Assembly (NCBI GenBank): GCA_963804165.1
Contig: CAWDPO010000046.1
Location: 32,001-96,000, forward strand
Source of the DNA: an uncultured delta proteobacterium
GTDB lineage: Bacteria; Desulfobacterota; Binatia; UBA9968
Length of the DNA: 64,000 nt
Direction of reading: 5' to 3'
The notes under the pieces were generated by a model that saw only the letters and a list, made by a program, of their open reading frames with translations, searched no databases and had not been told where the DNA came from. A program made the translations under genes and the position numbers. Positions 50,849 to 60,608 of this stretch are shown here, piece by piece; the first letter of the stretch is position 1; the number at the start of each line of letters is the position of its first letter.

Positions 50849-51993
50849 TCACCGTTTTTGAGACCTCTCGTGCAATCCCGGAATGCTTGCTTGACCGCTT
50901 CCGTCAATCAGAGCACAAGCAATTAGTCGCATCGAATGACTGCTGAACGGATTGACGCGCATTGAATGACTGTGAGCGGGTTGAGGGACTCGACAAAATT
51001 GTAACGAATTTCTCGGATTGCGGGATCGTTGGCCGGCGGGGGATTAACGTAACTCAGGAGCAGACGTGCGTAGGCCAAGATCTCGCCATGTTCGAAGATT
51101 CGATCGATTTTTAATCCCTTTCGCGTTCGGAGTTCGAACCTTGCTCTTTACGGAATACCATCCGGTAACTGGCGAAGGGTCGAAGGCGTATACATTTGAC
51201 ACGCGCGGGAGAGTACTGCCGTCGGACGATTGAATTTCTGGAAGCGCGTATGCGAGATGCTGGGCGAGCCCGCCACCCAATGAATGGCCGGTTGTGATGA
51301 TGCGGACATTCTTGTAGTGGTCTCCTCCATTTTCGATTCGGGTCTTTAGATTCTCCAGCACTTCCTTTCCTGTGTCCTGGGCGACGACGGTATATTGGTC
51401 CTTGTACGTCGGCAGAAACCGTAGCAGCCAGCTAAACCAACGGAAGTTTGACATCCAGTCGCTCCAGCTGAAGAATTCGGTTCCACGAAAGACGACAGCT
51501 ACTAACGGAGGAGGGCCGGTCTTTTCCCAAACTTCCATATAGAGTCCAACGTCGCGGGCTTTGTCGCGCAATGGTTCGGAAGGGAAATTCTTCCACATTT
51601 CCCAGCCGTACAGTGGAAGCTTCCCTTCGGGCGGGCAAGTCGCTGAGTAGGCTTCTAACTTTTCGGCGCTTCGCAAGGACATGGTGTCCGATGCGCGCTC
51701 ACTGGTTCTAGGAGTCGGCACGCTCCAACCGTCCGTGTAAACGTTTTCACTGAGAACCGCGTATTCCCATAGTTCTTTGGCCGATTCAGAGATGCTCACG
51801 GCTGGGTTATAGGTTCTATTTCCCGGTTCGCGTATGAGAACTGTTTTCGGGTCTTGGGACATGGCGGCGCATCCTGAAATTAATATTTGAATTGACAACA
51901 GGAAGATAAGGGATTCAGCCGATTTGCTTTCGCACTCGTCCTGTCTTCGAAGTAAAAGTTAGCACTCCGGGTTTTTCGATTACCCCTGTTCAT
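50849..51993 (-). CDS. Class-3 lipase / alpha-beta hydrolase, probable lipoprotein (about three apparent frameshifts)
   Basis: ILISGC lipobox-like; VVFRGT...DWMSN; TGHSLGGGLA; FDPSP; alternate frames continue IDRIFEHGEILA and SHSMR. Ends approximate. Confidence 0.7.
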
Positions 51994-52005
51994 ATAGCAG
52001 ACGCT

Positions 52006-52803
52006 TCAGACCGCCACCCCAGGCAGCTTAAACTTTCCGAGTGCCGCCAAGTCTGCAGCTTCGGCAGGGCGGAATTCCCAGTGCCAAGGTTCCTTATTCA
52101 CGGTCCGGATGAAACCAAACTCTGGTCCATGAACTTTGAGCCAATCGTAAACGGGATTTCCGTCAAAGCCGCCCACGTCCAGGTCAAAAGCAGTTCCGTT
52201 CTGATGATTCGAGCGCCCGGGTTCCGCCGCCAGCGCAAACTTTTTTGGATTGGAGTTAAAGAGGCTAAACAAGACAACTTGCTCCGGGAACGAGCGAAAC
52301 CCACTTCGTATAGAGATCGTAATACCGTCCTTCGCCGCGGCGCTCAACATTTCCAGATAAGGTTCTACGTTGTCTTCGGTGATCCTTTCGGTTTCGTTGT
52401 GACTGCCGACAATTTCGACGAGAGTTGCCTGTCCTACGAATCGGCCGTTTTGCCAAAGCGCGTTCGGACCCTTTCGATCATCATCGATGGGCTTAAGTCG
52501 CCCGATCGTCTCATTGAGAAACTTGCTTTCAAGGTTATCTGCGGATGTCCAACCGATGGTTGCGACTTCATCGTCGGTCGATTCCGTCAGGGCAAAAGTG
52601 AGTTTTGTGTCGATCGATTTTGCGTTGGTGATTCGAACTTGCGTTCCTTGTGGGATGATCTTTGGATCGCCAATCTTTCTCCCTGGAGGGAGTGTGTCAG
52701 AGGGGCCGTAGACAACATATTTGAGCAAGTTTCCAGACTGCCGAATGCGAGCTTCCGGATCTCTTACTGAAAATGTTTTGTTGAGATAGCTTCTTATGGG
52801 CAT
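52006..52803 (-). CDS. M15B (VanY-like) Zn D,D-peptidase with N-terminal SH3-like region
   Basis: SGFRS..EQ, PGRSNHQNGTAFD, EPWHW; N-terminal IPQGTQVRI...IGWTSADNL. Confidence 0.88.
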   Translation of the reverse strand: MPIRSYLNKTFSVRDPEARIRQSGNLLKYVVYGPSDTLPPGRKIGDPKIIPQGTQVRITNAKSIDTKLTFALTESTDDEVATIGWTSADNLESKFLNETIGRLKPIDDDRKGPNALWQNGRFVGQATLVEIVGSHNETERITEDNVEPYLEMLSAAAKDGITISIRSGFRSFPEQVVLFSLFNSNPKKFALAAEPGRSNHQNGTAFDLDVGGFDGNPVYDWLKVHGPEFGFIRTVNKEPWHWEFRPAEAADLAALGKFKLPGVAV

Positions 52804-52994
52804 GATTTAAACTCCGGGACCTGAACTACTTTAGCCGTAGGTCCCATCGGAAGAAAATAGGGATTTTTGTTTTGGGTGTCGATTTTGTCGCCCGGATTGG
52901 CGGCCAGGTCGACTTTGTTCGACTTGACAATCGCGCATGCCTGAGAAATTAATGATAGCGCAAGCACGAAGATGTAGTCGAGCCACTTGAGCAA
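52794..52994 (-). CDS. Small putative lipoprotein or gene fragment
   Basis: Hydrophobic N-terminus ending SQAC; overlaps the M15 gene start. Confidence 0.35.
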   Translation of the reverse strand: MLKWLDYIFVLALSLISQACAIVKSNKVDLAANPGDKIDTQNKNPYFLPMGPTAKVVQVPEFKSCP

Positions 52995-53436
52995 GTAAGA
53001 TTTTTCATTTCTGCCTCACTTTACGATCAGCCTCAAAGCTTAGCACGACGTCAACGCTTACATTCGCTTTCTCGAATCGATTACTTTGCTCTGCATTTAT
53101 CATTCCCGATTTTTGGGACGCCCGTGTGGACCTCGATATGAGTCGGCCGCGGATGTTAAAAACTCCGGTCGTGGTTGCTCCAATGCATGATTCGTCCGAC
53201 ACTGGACTATAGTTTTCTCATATTTGTCGATCGTGTATCGTTTGCGAGACGACAGAGCCGGACTTGGACTCAGCCTCTGGCGGGTACATAAGGGCTCGTC
53301 CGCCCCATAGATCATCGCTGGACGCCAGCCAAAGTTTCCTCGGAATCTGAATCGAGCCGCGCAACCCTCGTTTACAACACGTGTATCCAAAAGTTGCAGG
53401 AGTGAGTACGTTCAATCGCTGATTAAGGCCGCGGCC

Positions 53437-53545
53437 AGTTCAAAACGTTCAAGCCGTTTGATCCCGCCGGGGCCAGTTCAAAGGTTCAAGGTTCGAATGT
53501 TCAACGCCTTCGGCCGTTCAAAGTTCAAGGTTCAAACGTTCAAGG
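53437..53545. repeat. Degenerate GTTCAA-based tandem repeat at the island's right boundary
   Basis: Roughly ten GTTCAA/GTTCGA units, with GGCCAGTTCAAA occurring twice. Confidence 0.8.
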
Positions 53546-53726
53546 ACGGACGGGGGAACTGCGAATAGCGTCTGAAACCTTTAGGCCGGTCACAGCATCC
53601 CGCTCAGCTCTTCGCGGGCATTGCTCGACTGCTCCTGGCCGCGATCGTTCTTTGTCGAATTGAGCCAAGCGGAGATTTCCGAATCCCGGGATCGGCTTGA
53701 GATGGCAGCTTGGAGTTATACACTGA

Positions 53727-55467
53727 ATGAGGTATGCGATCAGTGGAACTGCAGGAAACCAGGCAGTGACGAATAGGTTCGAGATTGCCGCGGAGCTGCG
53801 GGCGATGGCTCGGCTGCTCACGATCAAGGGCGCTAATCCCTTCAAGGCGCAAGCCTATGTGCGAGCGGCGAGCGCGCTGGAAAATCTCGACGGCGATCTC
53901 GATGCGCTGGTCAAAACAGGACGGCTGAAAGAAATCCCCGGTGTCGGCAACGCGCTGGCGACGACCATCGAGGAGATTTACCGCACCGGCGAATGTTGGA
54001 TGCTCCAGCAACTCCGCCAGGAGTTGCCGCCCGGGGCCGTCGAGCTCAGCGAAGTGCCGGGCTTGAACCTAAAAAAGATCATCGCTCTCAACGAGGCATT
54101 GCACATTGAAAACATTGGTGATCTCAAGGCGGCATGCCAGCAAGGCTTAGTCAGCAAGGTTAAAGGCTTTGGACTCAAGTCTCAGGCGAAGCTGCTCGCC
54201 GATATCGAAAAGCTCGGAATTCACAAAGAAGACGGCTCTCTGCTGCTTCCTCATGCCCGCGAACAAGCGGAAAAAATGCTCACGCACCTGCGGATGTGCC
54301 CGGAGCTAATCCGAGCGGAGATCGCGGGAGCGCTGCGGCGGCACAAGGAAATCGTCGAGCAGATTGTGATCGTGGCCGCCAGCGATCTGCCGCGTGCGGT
54401 GCTCGACCAGTTTTTGCGCTTTCCCGCGCTCGCCCGAACTGCTGAGCTTGAAGAGAATCGATGTCTTGGATTCCTTGCCGGCGGCATTCGAGCGGAGCTT
54501 ACCGTCGCTGACGCTGGATGAGTTCGTCGCTACGCTTCATGCGCGGACCGGCGCGCCAAGCCATATCGCGAAACTTCAAACCATCGCGCGCGCGAAGGGG
54601 ATGACTTTGCTCCCCGAAGCGCCGAGCCCAGGGCTCAAGAGCGAAAGCGAAATTTATCAGCACCTAGGGCTTGAGCATATTCCGCCGGAGCTCCGTGAAG
54701 ACGAGGGCGAAGTCGAAGCCGCCATGGCTGGTACTCTGCCGCAACCGGTAGAACTGGAAGATATTCGCGGCATGACGCACTGTCATACGGTTTATTCCGA
54801 TGGCCGGAACAGCATCGAAGAGATGGCGCTGGCGGCCCAAGCGATGGGCATGCGTTATCTCACGATCACCGATCATTCGCCGAGCGCTTATTACGCCCGC
54901 GGCGTCACCATCGATCGGTTGCGCGCCCAATGGGATGAGATCGCGCGGGTGCAAGAGCGGGTTGAAATAAAACTTCTCAAAGGAACCGAATCAGACATTC
55001 TCGAAGACGGCTCGCTCGACTATCCCGATGCTTATCTGGAGCAATTCGACATCATCATCGCGAGCATCCATTCGCGTTATAAGATGGATTCCGATCAGAT
55101 GACCCGCCGGCTGTTGCGCGCGCTCCAACTGCCGTATTTCAAAATCTGGGGGCATCCGCTCGGCAGATTAATTCAATCGCGCCCGCCTTTTGCTTGTCGC
55201 ATGGAGGAAGTGCTGGACGCGGTCGCGGCGTCCCGATGCGCGATCGAAGTCAATGGCGATCCGCACCGTCTCGACCTGGAGCCGCGCTGGATCCGCGCGG
55301 CGCGCGAGCGCGGTATCAAGTTCATCGTTTCTACGGATGCTCATTCCACCGGCGCACTGGAAAATCTCGCCTACGGCGTCTCCACGGCGCGGCGCGGCTG
55401 GCTCACCCGTGGCGAAGTTCTAAACACGCTCGATACCGAATATTTCATGAAGGCGGTTCGTCCGTGA
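53727..55467 (+). CDS. polX: PolX-PHP family DNA repair protein with degenerate polymerase site (frameshift near 54515)
   Basis: NPFKAQAY..AA, HhH motifs IPGVG, VPGL, VKGFG; IPPELRE; PHP motifs HCHTVYSDG, TDH, GTE, SIH, GHP, STDAH. Confidence 0.92.
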
Positions 55468-56120
55468 ACCGCGTGTTTGTGCTGTCGCCGGCCAATTGTA
55501 ACGGTCTGCGCGCCCGCTGGGTGCTCAAGAAAAACAGTCGCTCGGATCTGGCGATAAGACTGCGCCGCACCGGCGTAGCCTTGGGAGAAGTTTTTACCTA
55601 TCTGAGCGCGCTCTACTTTCGCGGTAAGCTTGCTTATGCTCAGGCGTATGCCGAGCCGCCGCCCGGTTGTCCGGGGGTCTTGATCATCACGCCTACCGCC
55701 GGTCTGGTGCCGCACGATGTCTTGATTCAACTGCCGCAGTTGCGGGGATTTGGCCGCGTGCCAATCCATCTCAAGAACCGGCGCTATTGTTCTTCGCTTC
55801 GCCGTAGTGCCAGAAAGCTTGCGCTCGACATCGGCCCGAACTGTGAGCTGATACTCTTGGGAAGCGTTGGCACCGGAAAATATCTCGATATCCTCGCGCC
55901 GATTTTCGGCAGCCGGCTGCGCATTCCCGCGGAATTTGTCGGTCTCGGCGACATGAGCCGCGGCGGGCTTTTGCTTCGCTGTGTACGGGAAAATCGCCAG
56001 CTGAATTACACCGATGCCGCATCGGTGATCACTTCCGGCCCGAAGCGATCCCGTATCAATAGGCGAAACGCCGGCAATCTACCCGAGCGGCAAAAGGCCC
56101 TAGAAGATCTTCCCGGCTAG
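55464..56120 (+). CDS. Conserved hypothetical protein translationally coupled to polX
   Basis: GTGA overlap with the polX stop; LSPAN, LSALYFRGKLAYA, ITPTAGL, LLGS..TGKY, GDMSRGGLLL. Confidence 0.8.
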   Translation: MNRVFVLSPANCNGLRARWVLKKNSRSDLAIRLRRTGVALGEVFTYLSALYFRGKLAYAQAYAEPPPGCPGVLIITPTAGLVPHDVLIQLPQLRGFGRVPIHLKNRRYCSSLRRSARKLALDIGPNCELILLGSVGTGKYLDILAPIFGSRLRIPAEFVGLGDMSRGGLLLRCVRENRQLNYTDAASVITSGPKRSRINRRNAGNLPERQKALEDLPG

Positions 56121-56300
56121 CGCCCGAAGCAAATAGTTGCCACAACGAACTCGCCAAGGCATGAGCAAAAAAACGAAAGGAATAGGCCGCGCAGGGAGAA
56201 TTAGAGCCTGATCTTGGATGCGAAGCATCTCTCAGGACACTTCGCCCCATAGGAAAATTCAGAATTTCTCTTGTGACCGATTGGGATCGAAGGCGTCGAG

Positions 56301-57113
56301 TCAAATACTAAACGGTTTCTGTCGTTCGTAGCGCGAATTCGCCGCGCCGATGAAATAATAGTTCGGCGTTTGCGTCGACGGCATCTGCGAGACGATCTTG
56401 TCGCGCAGCTTGCGGTAACCGCCCCTAAATTTGCCGCCGTTCCAGACTCTCTTGAGCATTCCCGTAAACGCGCCGTTGTCATCGCCGTCCATGGAGGTTT
56501 GATTGTCCATGCAGCCGGAGACCAGCAGGATGCTGGCGTTGACCCTGGTTTTTTCCGCGCCGCGATTTTCTTTTTGGATCGCGCGATAGAGCGCGCTGTT
56601 GGCGTTTTCCACCTCGATACCGACGGCGCGCGGCATGGCGCGCGGACGCGGGCCGATGCCTAAAAACTCGGGGATGTCGCGCGTGACCGTACCGCTGTGG
56701 CAACTGTCGGAAAGAACCAGGATGCGCACGCCGGCTTTGAACTTGCTCCAGATCTTATAAAGCTCGTCGTCGACGAGCTGGCGATCGTAGAGCACCCAGG
56801 TTTCGTCCATGCGGTCGTTGTCCTTTTCGTCGCTGTTGGTGTCGCGGACCTGGCCGCCGTGGCCGGAATAGGTGAGAAACAAGATATCGCCTTTGACCAG
56901 TTTTTTCGCGGCATCCAAAAGCGCCGCGCTCACCGCGGCGGCGGTTGCCTGACCGTCGAGGAGCAGCGTGTTACCGCTGAACTTTTTCTTCTTAGCCAGC
57001 GCGCGCATGTCGTTGGCGTCGGCGATGCATGCGTTGAGCGCGCCATCCCAGCCTTGGTAGTGAGCGGGGTCGACGTGATTCAAGCCGATGTGTATAGAAA
57101 TACCTTTCGCCAT
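56301..57113 (-). CDS. Metacaspase (peptidase C14)
   Basis: IGLN...LNACIADA, catalytic His in YSGHG, catalytic Cys in SDSCHSG, SGC..NQTS.D...GAFT. Confidence 0.93.
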   Translation of the reverse strand: MAKGISIHIGLNHVDPAHYQGWDGALNACIADANDMRALAKKKKFSGNTLLLDGQATAAAVSAALLDAAKKLVKGDILFLTYSGHGGQVRDTNSDEKDNDRMDETWVLYDRQLVDDELYKIWSKFKAGVRILVLSDSCHSGTVTRDIPEFLGIGPRPRAMPRAVGIEVENANSALYRAIQKENRGAEKTRVNASILLVSGCMDNQTSMDGDDNGAFTGMLKRVWNGGKFRGGYRKLRDKIVSQMPSTQTPNYYFIGAANSRYERQKPFSI

Positions 57114-57251
57114 AAAGCCCCCTGTTCGAAATGAAATGTTTGAAGTGAAAGTGTAGATGCCGGCGCTTTCACCTGTCAAGAAAATTTGCCGGATAGTTTC
57201 GCGGATTGTCTATTATGTCGAGAGTTTCCGCTTTTCGATCAATTTTTGCGA

Positions 57252-58208
57252 TCACGGTTTCCAAGCCTGTTTATTCAGCTGCTGCTCGGCCTGGCGCGCG
57301 AAGCTGAAATCATAGGCTCGCTGCGGCGGCACGACCGTGCTCACTTCGGCGACCAGCGCGACGATGGCGAGATCGTTTTTCTGGGTTTGCTCGTCGACGT
57401 AACCAGCCTTCGTAAAAGTGCCGATCAAATCGTCGTACATGCGCGTCGCCAGGGCGCGATCCAATTCGCTAAACTTCGTTACCGCGGCGATGGTGCCTTC
57501 GCGGTCCTGGCGCGCCACCCGGAGGCCCTTGAGCACGGCGCGGGCAAACCCCGCCATGAGATTCGGCTGTTCTTTAATGAAACGCTCCGACGTGGCGAAG
57601 GTGCCCCAGGAGTTTTTCACTTCCTTGCCGATAAAGATCAGATCCCTCATCCCTTGATCCAAGGCGGCGTAGCGCTCCTCGGGGCTGACGATGGCGGCGT
57701 CGACCGCGCCGGATAGAAGCGACGGCAAACGATTGACCGGGCCGGGATCGATCAGCACGATGTCTTTGGGAATGTTATGTTTGGTCAAAATATTTCTGAA
57801 CATGTAGGCCGCGATGGAGGCGACGCCGGTGGTGGCGACTTTTTTGCCGCTTAAATCTTTCATGGTTTTGATATTGGGCCGGACGACGATCCATTGCAGC
57901 ACTTGATCGTTGAACGCGAGCACGGTTTTCAGCGGCGCGTTGCCTTTCGATATTGCCACGAGCGCGCTGCTGCCGGAGCCGGAAAACTGTACCTGGTTGG
58001 CAGTCAGCGCCTGCAGGCCGGGGGCGTTTTGCATGAAGACGAGCTTTAGGTCCAGGCCCTCTTCTTTCATGTAGCCGCGGTCCTGGGCGATGACCAGCGG
58101 AACGTACTGAAACGCCTTCGACGTAAGCGCGGCGGTGACGGTCTCAAGGGCGAGGGCCAAGCGCGGCGCAAGAAATAGAACCAGGAGTAGGACGACCTTC
58201 TTGAGCAT
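57252..58208 (-). CDS. ABC-type solute-binding protein, NMT1-like
   Basis: Signal peptide; IAQDRGYMKEEGL; IKTMKDLSGK; RBS AAGGAG. Confidence 0.9.
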   Translation of the reverse strand: MLKKVVLLLVLFLAPRLALALETVTAALTSKAFQYVPLVIAQDRGYMKEEGLDLKLVFMQNAPGLQALTANQVQFSGSGSSALVAISKGNAPLKTVLAFNDQVLQWIVVRPNIKTMKDLSGKKVATTGVASIAAYMFRNILTKHNIPKDIVLIDPGPVNRLPSLLSGAVDAAIVSPEERYAALDQGMRDLIFIGKEVKNSWGTFATSERFIKEQPNLMAGFARAVLKGLRVARQDREGTIAAVTKFSELDRALATRMYDDLIGTFTKAGYVDEQTQKNDLAIVALVAEVSTVVPPQRAYDFSFARQAEQQLNKQAWKP

Positions 58209-58345
58209 GAAAGCAAAATCTCCTTGAATGTTTAATTACTGCCGATTTGATTTTCCGCAGTGTAACACGGAAAGTTCATCGTCACGAAGAATAGTTCGGA
58301 ATCGGATTCAACGTCAAGAATGAGACGGGCGGAAAGATTACGGAG

Positions 58346-58496
58346 CCCTTCGACTCGGCTCAGGGCGAACGGATAGTTATTTCATTTTCGAATAAAATCC
58401 ACCGTTAGTGGTGAGCAGCCTGCCCTGAGCCCTTCGGCTTCGCTCAGGATAAACTCCGTCGAAGGGAACCATGAACTGAGTTTTTACACAGTCTGA
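58346..58496. repeat. CCCTTCGAC...CTCAGG REP-type cluster
   Basis: CCCTTCGACTCGGCTCAGGGCGAACGG ... CCCTGAGCCCTTCGGCTTCGCTCAGG...GTCGAAGGG. Confidence 0.75.
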
Positions 58497-58578
58497 CAAA
58501 GTGAAGAAGCTGGCGAGAGTCGCTACCTGCGGGAAAATAAACTTCTTGCTCTCGGGGCGATATGATATTCTTCGGCGC

Positions 58579-59220
58579 ATGACGATTGCTAAAATCTTTA
58601 TCCTACTGGTTTTGGTTACGCTGTACGGCTGTTCCGCCGGCGGTGCGGTTACGCCGGGCGCGACGCTTTTATCGGGGATCGACCAGTATGAAGGCGACAT
58701 GCAGAGGCTCGACAGCTCACTTGGCCGCTGGCCTGAACGGCAACGGGCGGGCGGCACGTTAAAAGCGATCATAACGGCCACCGTCGGCGGCTCGCGCGAG
58801 TTTTATCGCCTGGTCGATCTCGACGTCCGAAAAAGAGAGTTTTTGATCACCATGCGTGACGGCGCCGTGCGCGCGGATCGCCTGCAGGAGATGAAAGACG
58901 AGTTAGTCAAAATGGACGAGGAAATCGCCGCTTTGAAACCGATCGTGCGATCCCAGGTAGCGGTGATTCCAGTGCGGGGGGAGTCGCAATCGCGAGTCGA
59001 GAGCGCGGCCGCTTTGGGACTGCTCAGTCTCGCGGTGGAAGGATTTTCATCGGACACAGCGCGTGGATTCGAGGCGCCGTCCACCAAAATAGATCAATAC
59101 GTGGTTACGGATCTCGGTTCATTCGCGACGGTGCGCGGGCCTGACGGCCAAACCCATCGCTGTACGATCTATGATATTCCAGATGAAGGCGCCGGCCTCA
59201 GGTGCGAACCGGTCAGGTAG
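58579..59220 (+). CDS. Hypothetical lipoprotein
   Basis: Lipobox LYGC after a hydrophobic stretch; central coiled coil; C-terminal Cys pair. Confidence 0.8.
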   Translation: MTIAKIFILLVLVTLYGCSAGGAVTPGATLLSGIDQYEGDMQRLDSSLGRWPERQRAGGTLKAIITATVGGSREFYRLVDLDVRKREFLITMRDGAVRADRLQEMKDELVKMDEEIAALKPIVRSQVAVIPVRGESQSRVESAAALGLLSLAVEGFSSDTARGFEAPSTKIDQYVVTDLGSFATVRGPDGQTHRCTIYDIPDEGAGLRCEPVR

Positions 59221-59225
59221 AGTTA

Positions 59226-59369
59226 CTAATGAACTGTAACAGTTGATTCGCGTCTAAAGTCGAAGAACCCTTCGACGAGCTCAGCGTGAGCGGTTGAGCC
59301 ACAAGCCGTTCGTGGTGAGGCTCTTGAACCATGAACGGCGAACGCTATCCAACTGTTACACTCCACTAG
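59226..59369. mobile_element. MITE-like element enclosing a CCCTTCGAC REP pair
   Basis: Perfect 11-bp inverted repeat TGTAACAGTTG (59235-59245) / CAACTGTTACA (59350-59360); outer CTAA and CTAG. Confidence 0.65.
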
Positions 59370-59418
59370 TCTTCAGTTTTGCCAAACCCGCGAGCCTTGT
59401 GCGCCTCTCCTCGACGCG

Positions 59419-60582
59419 TCAATGATGCGCGCGGATGAGATTTTGTCCGAGGCGCCAGCGCAGCACTTCGTTGGCGCCTTCGGTGATGCGCGTGCTGCGG
59501 ATTTGCCGGTACCACCATTCCAGCGGTAGTTCTTTCATCAAGCCCAAGCCGCCGTGAACTTGAATGGCCCGATCGACGACGCGGCCGGCCATTTCGGTGG
59601 CCATCACCTTGACCATGTAAGAGAGATCGCGCACGTCTTCGCCGCGATCGACACGCCAGGCACACTCGTAAACCATGTTGCGCACAGCGTGCAGCTCCAT
59701 CGCCGAGTCGGCGATCATGAACTGGATCGCTTGCCGGTCGGCGAGCGGCCGGCCGAAAGTGACGCGCACTTTCGAGTATTCGATCATCATGTCGAGAGCC
59801 CGCCGGGCGATCCCCACCGGGCGCGCGCCGTGACCGCGGATGCGACCTTCACCGATCCATTTCTGCGCGATGGAGAAACCGCCGCCGACCTGACCGATCA
59901 CGTTCGCCGCCGGTACGCGCACGTTGTCGAAGACGAGTTGCCAAGGCGCTTCGCCCATCATCGTTGGCCACTGCCTTTCGAGAAGCACCCCCGGGCTTTT
60001 CAAGTCCACCGCAAAACAGGTAATGCCGCCGCGTGCGCGCTTCTCAGGATCGGTCACGGCCATAAGCTGGGCGTAGTCGGCGCGGCCGGCCGCCGTGATG
60101 AAACGCTTGGTGCCGTTGATGACGAAGTCAGCGCCATCCTGTACCGCGCGCGTGCGCATGTTCGCCGGATCGCTGCCGGCGTCGGGTTCGGTCTGGGCAA
60201 AGCAGAATTTCAATTCACCGCGCAGCACCGGCTCGAGAAATCTTTTTTTCTGCTCCTCGTTGCAGTGAAACAAGACCGGCCGCACTTCGGGTCCAAACAA
60301 CTCCAGGCTACGAAAGGGAAGAGACGCGGCGCGGGCGATTTCTTCGTGGATGATGCATCGGGGCAGGAGACCCAAACCGGCGCCGCCGTACTCCGCCGGC
60401 ACATCGAGCATCCACAGCCCCATCGCCTGGGTCTTTTCCTGCAGCGGTTTGAGCAAGTGATCCGGCATCGGCCCTTCGCTGTCGTGGCGATATTCGCGCT
60501 CCAGCGGGATCAGCTCCTTATCGACGAAGCGGCGCACGGTTTCTCTGAGGATCTGAATTTCTTCGGGTAGGTTGAAGTCCAT
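59419..60582 (-). CDS. Acyl-CoA dehydrogenase
   Basis: FAQTEPDAGSD, INGTKRFIT, RVTFGRPLADRQAIQ, QVHGGLG, ITEGANEV. Confidence 0.95.
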   Translation of the reverse strand: MDFNLPEEIQILRETVRRFVDKELIPLEREYRHDSEGPMPDHLLKPLQEKTQAMGLWMLDVPAEYGGAGLGLLPRCIIHEEIARAASLPFRSLELFGPEVRPVLFHCNEEQKKRFLEPVLRGELKFCFAQTEPDAGSDPANMRTRAVQDGADFVINGTKRFITAAGRADYAQLMAVTDPEKRARGGITCFAVDLKSPGVLLERQWPTMMGEAPWQLVFDNVRVPAANVIGQVGGGFSIAQKWIGEGRIRGHGARPVGIARRALDMMIEYSKVRVTFGRPLADRQAIQFMIADSAMELHAVRNMVYECAWRVDRGEDVRDLSYMVKVMATEMAGRVVDRAIQVHGGLGLMKELPLEWWYRQIRSTRITEGANEVLRWRLGQNLIRAHH

Positions 60583-60608
60583 GGCTAATCCTTATTATGA
60601 AATATTTT

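Noticed and set aside
1841-55467. Frameshifts in PilZ, HD-GYP, kinase, coiled-coil, binding-protein, MFS, DUF2971-like, lipase and polX genes read as mass pseudogenisation or programmed frameshifting
   Set aside because: They look like isolated single-base indels with intact motifs on both sides, and no common slippery sequence was noticed. Assembly indel error is the simplest explanation; read mapping would decide.
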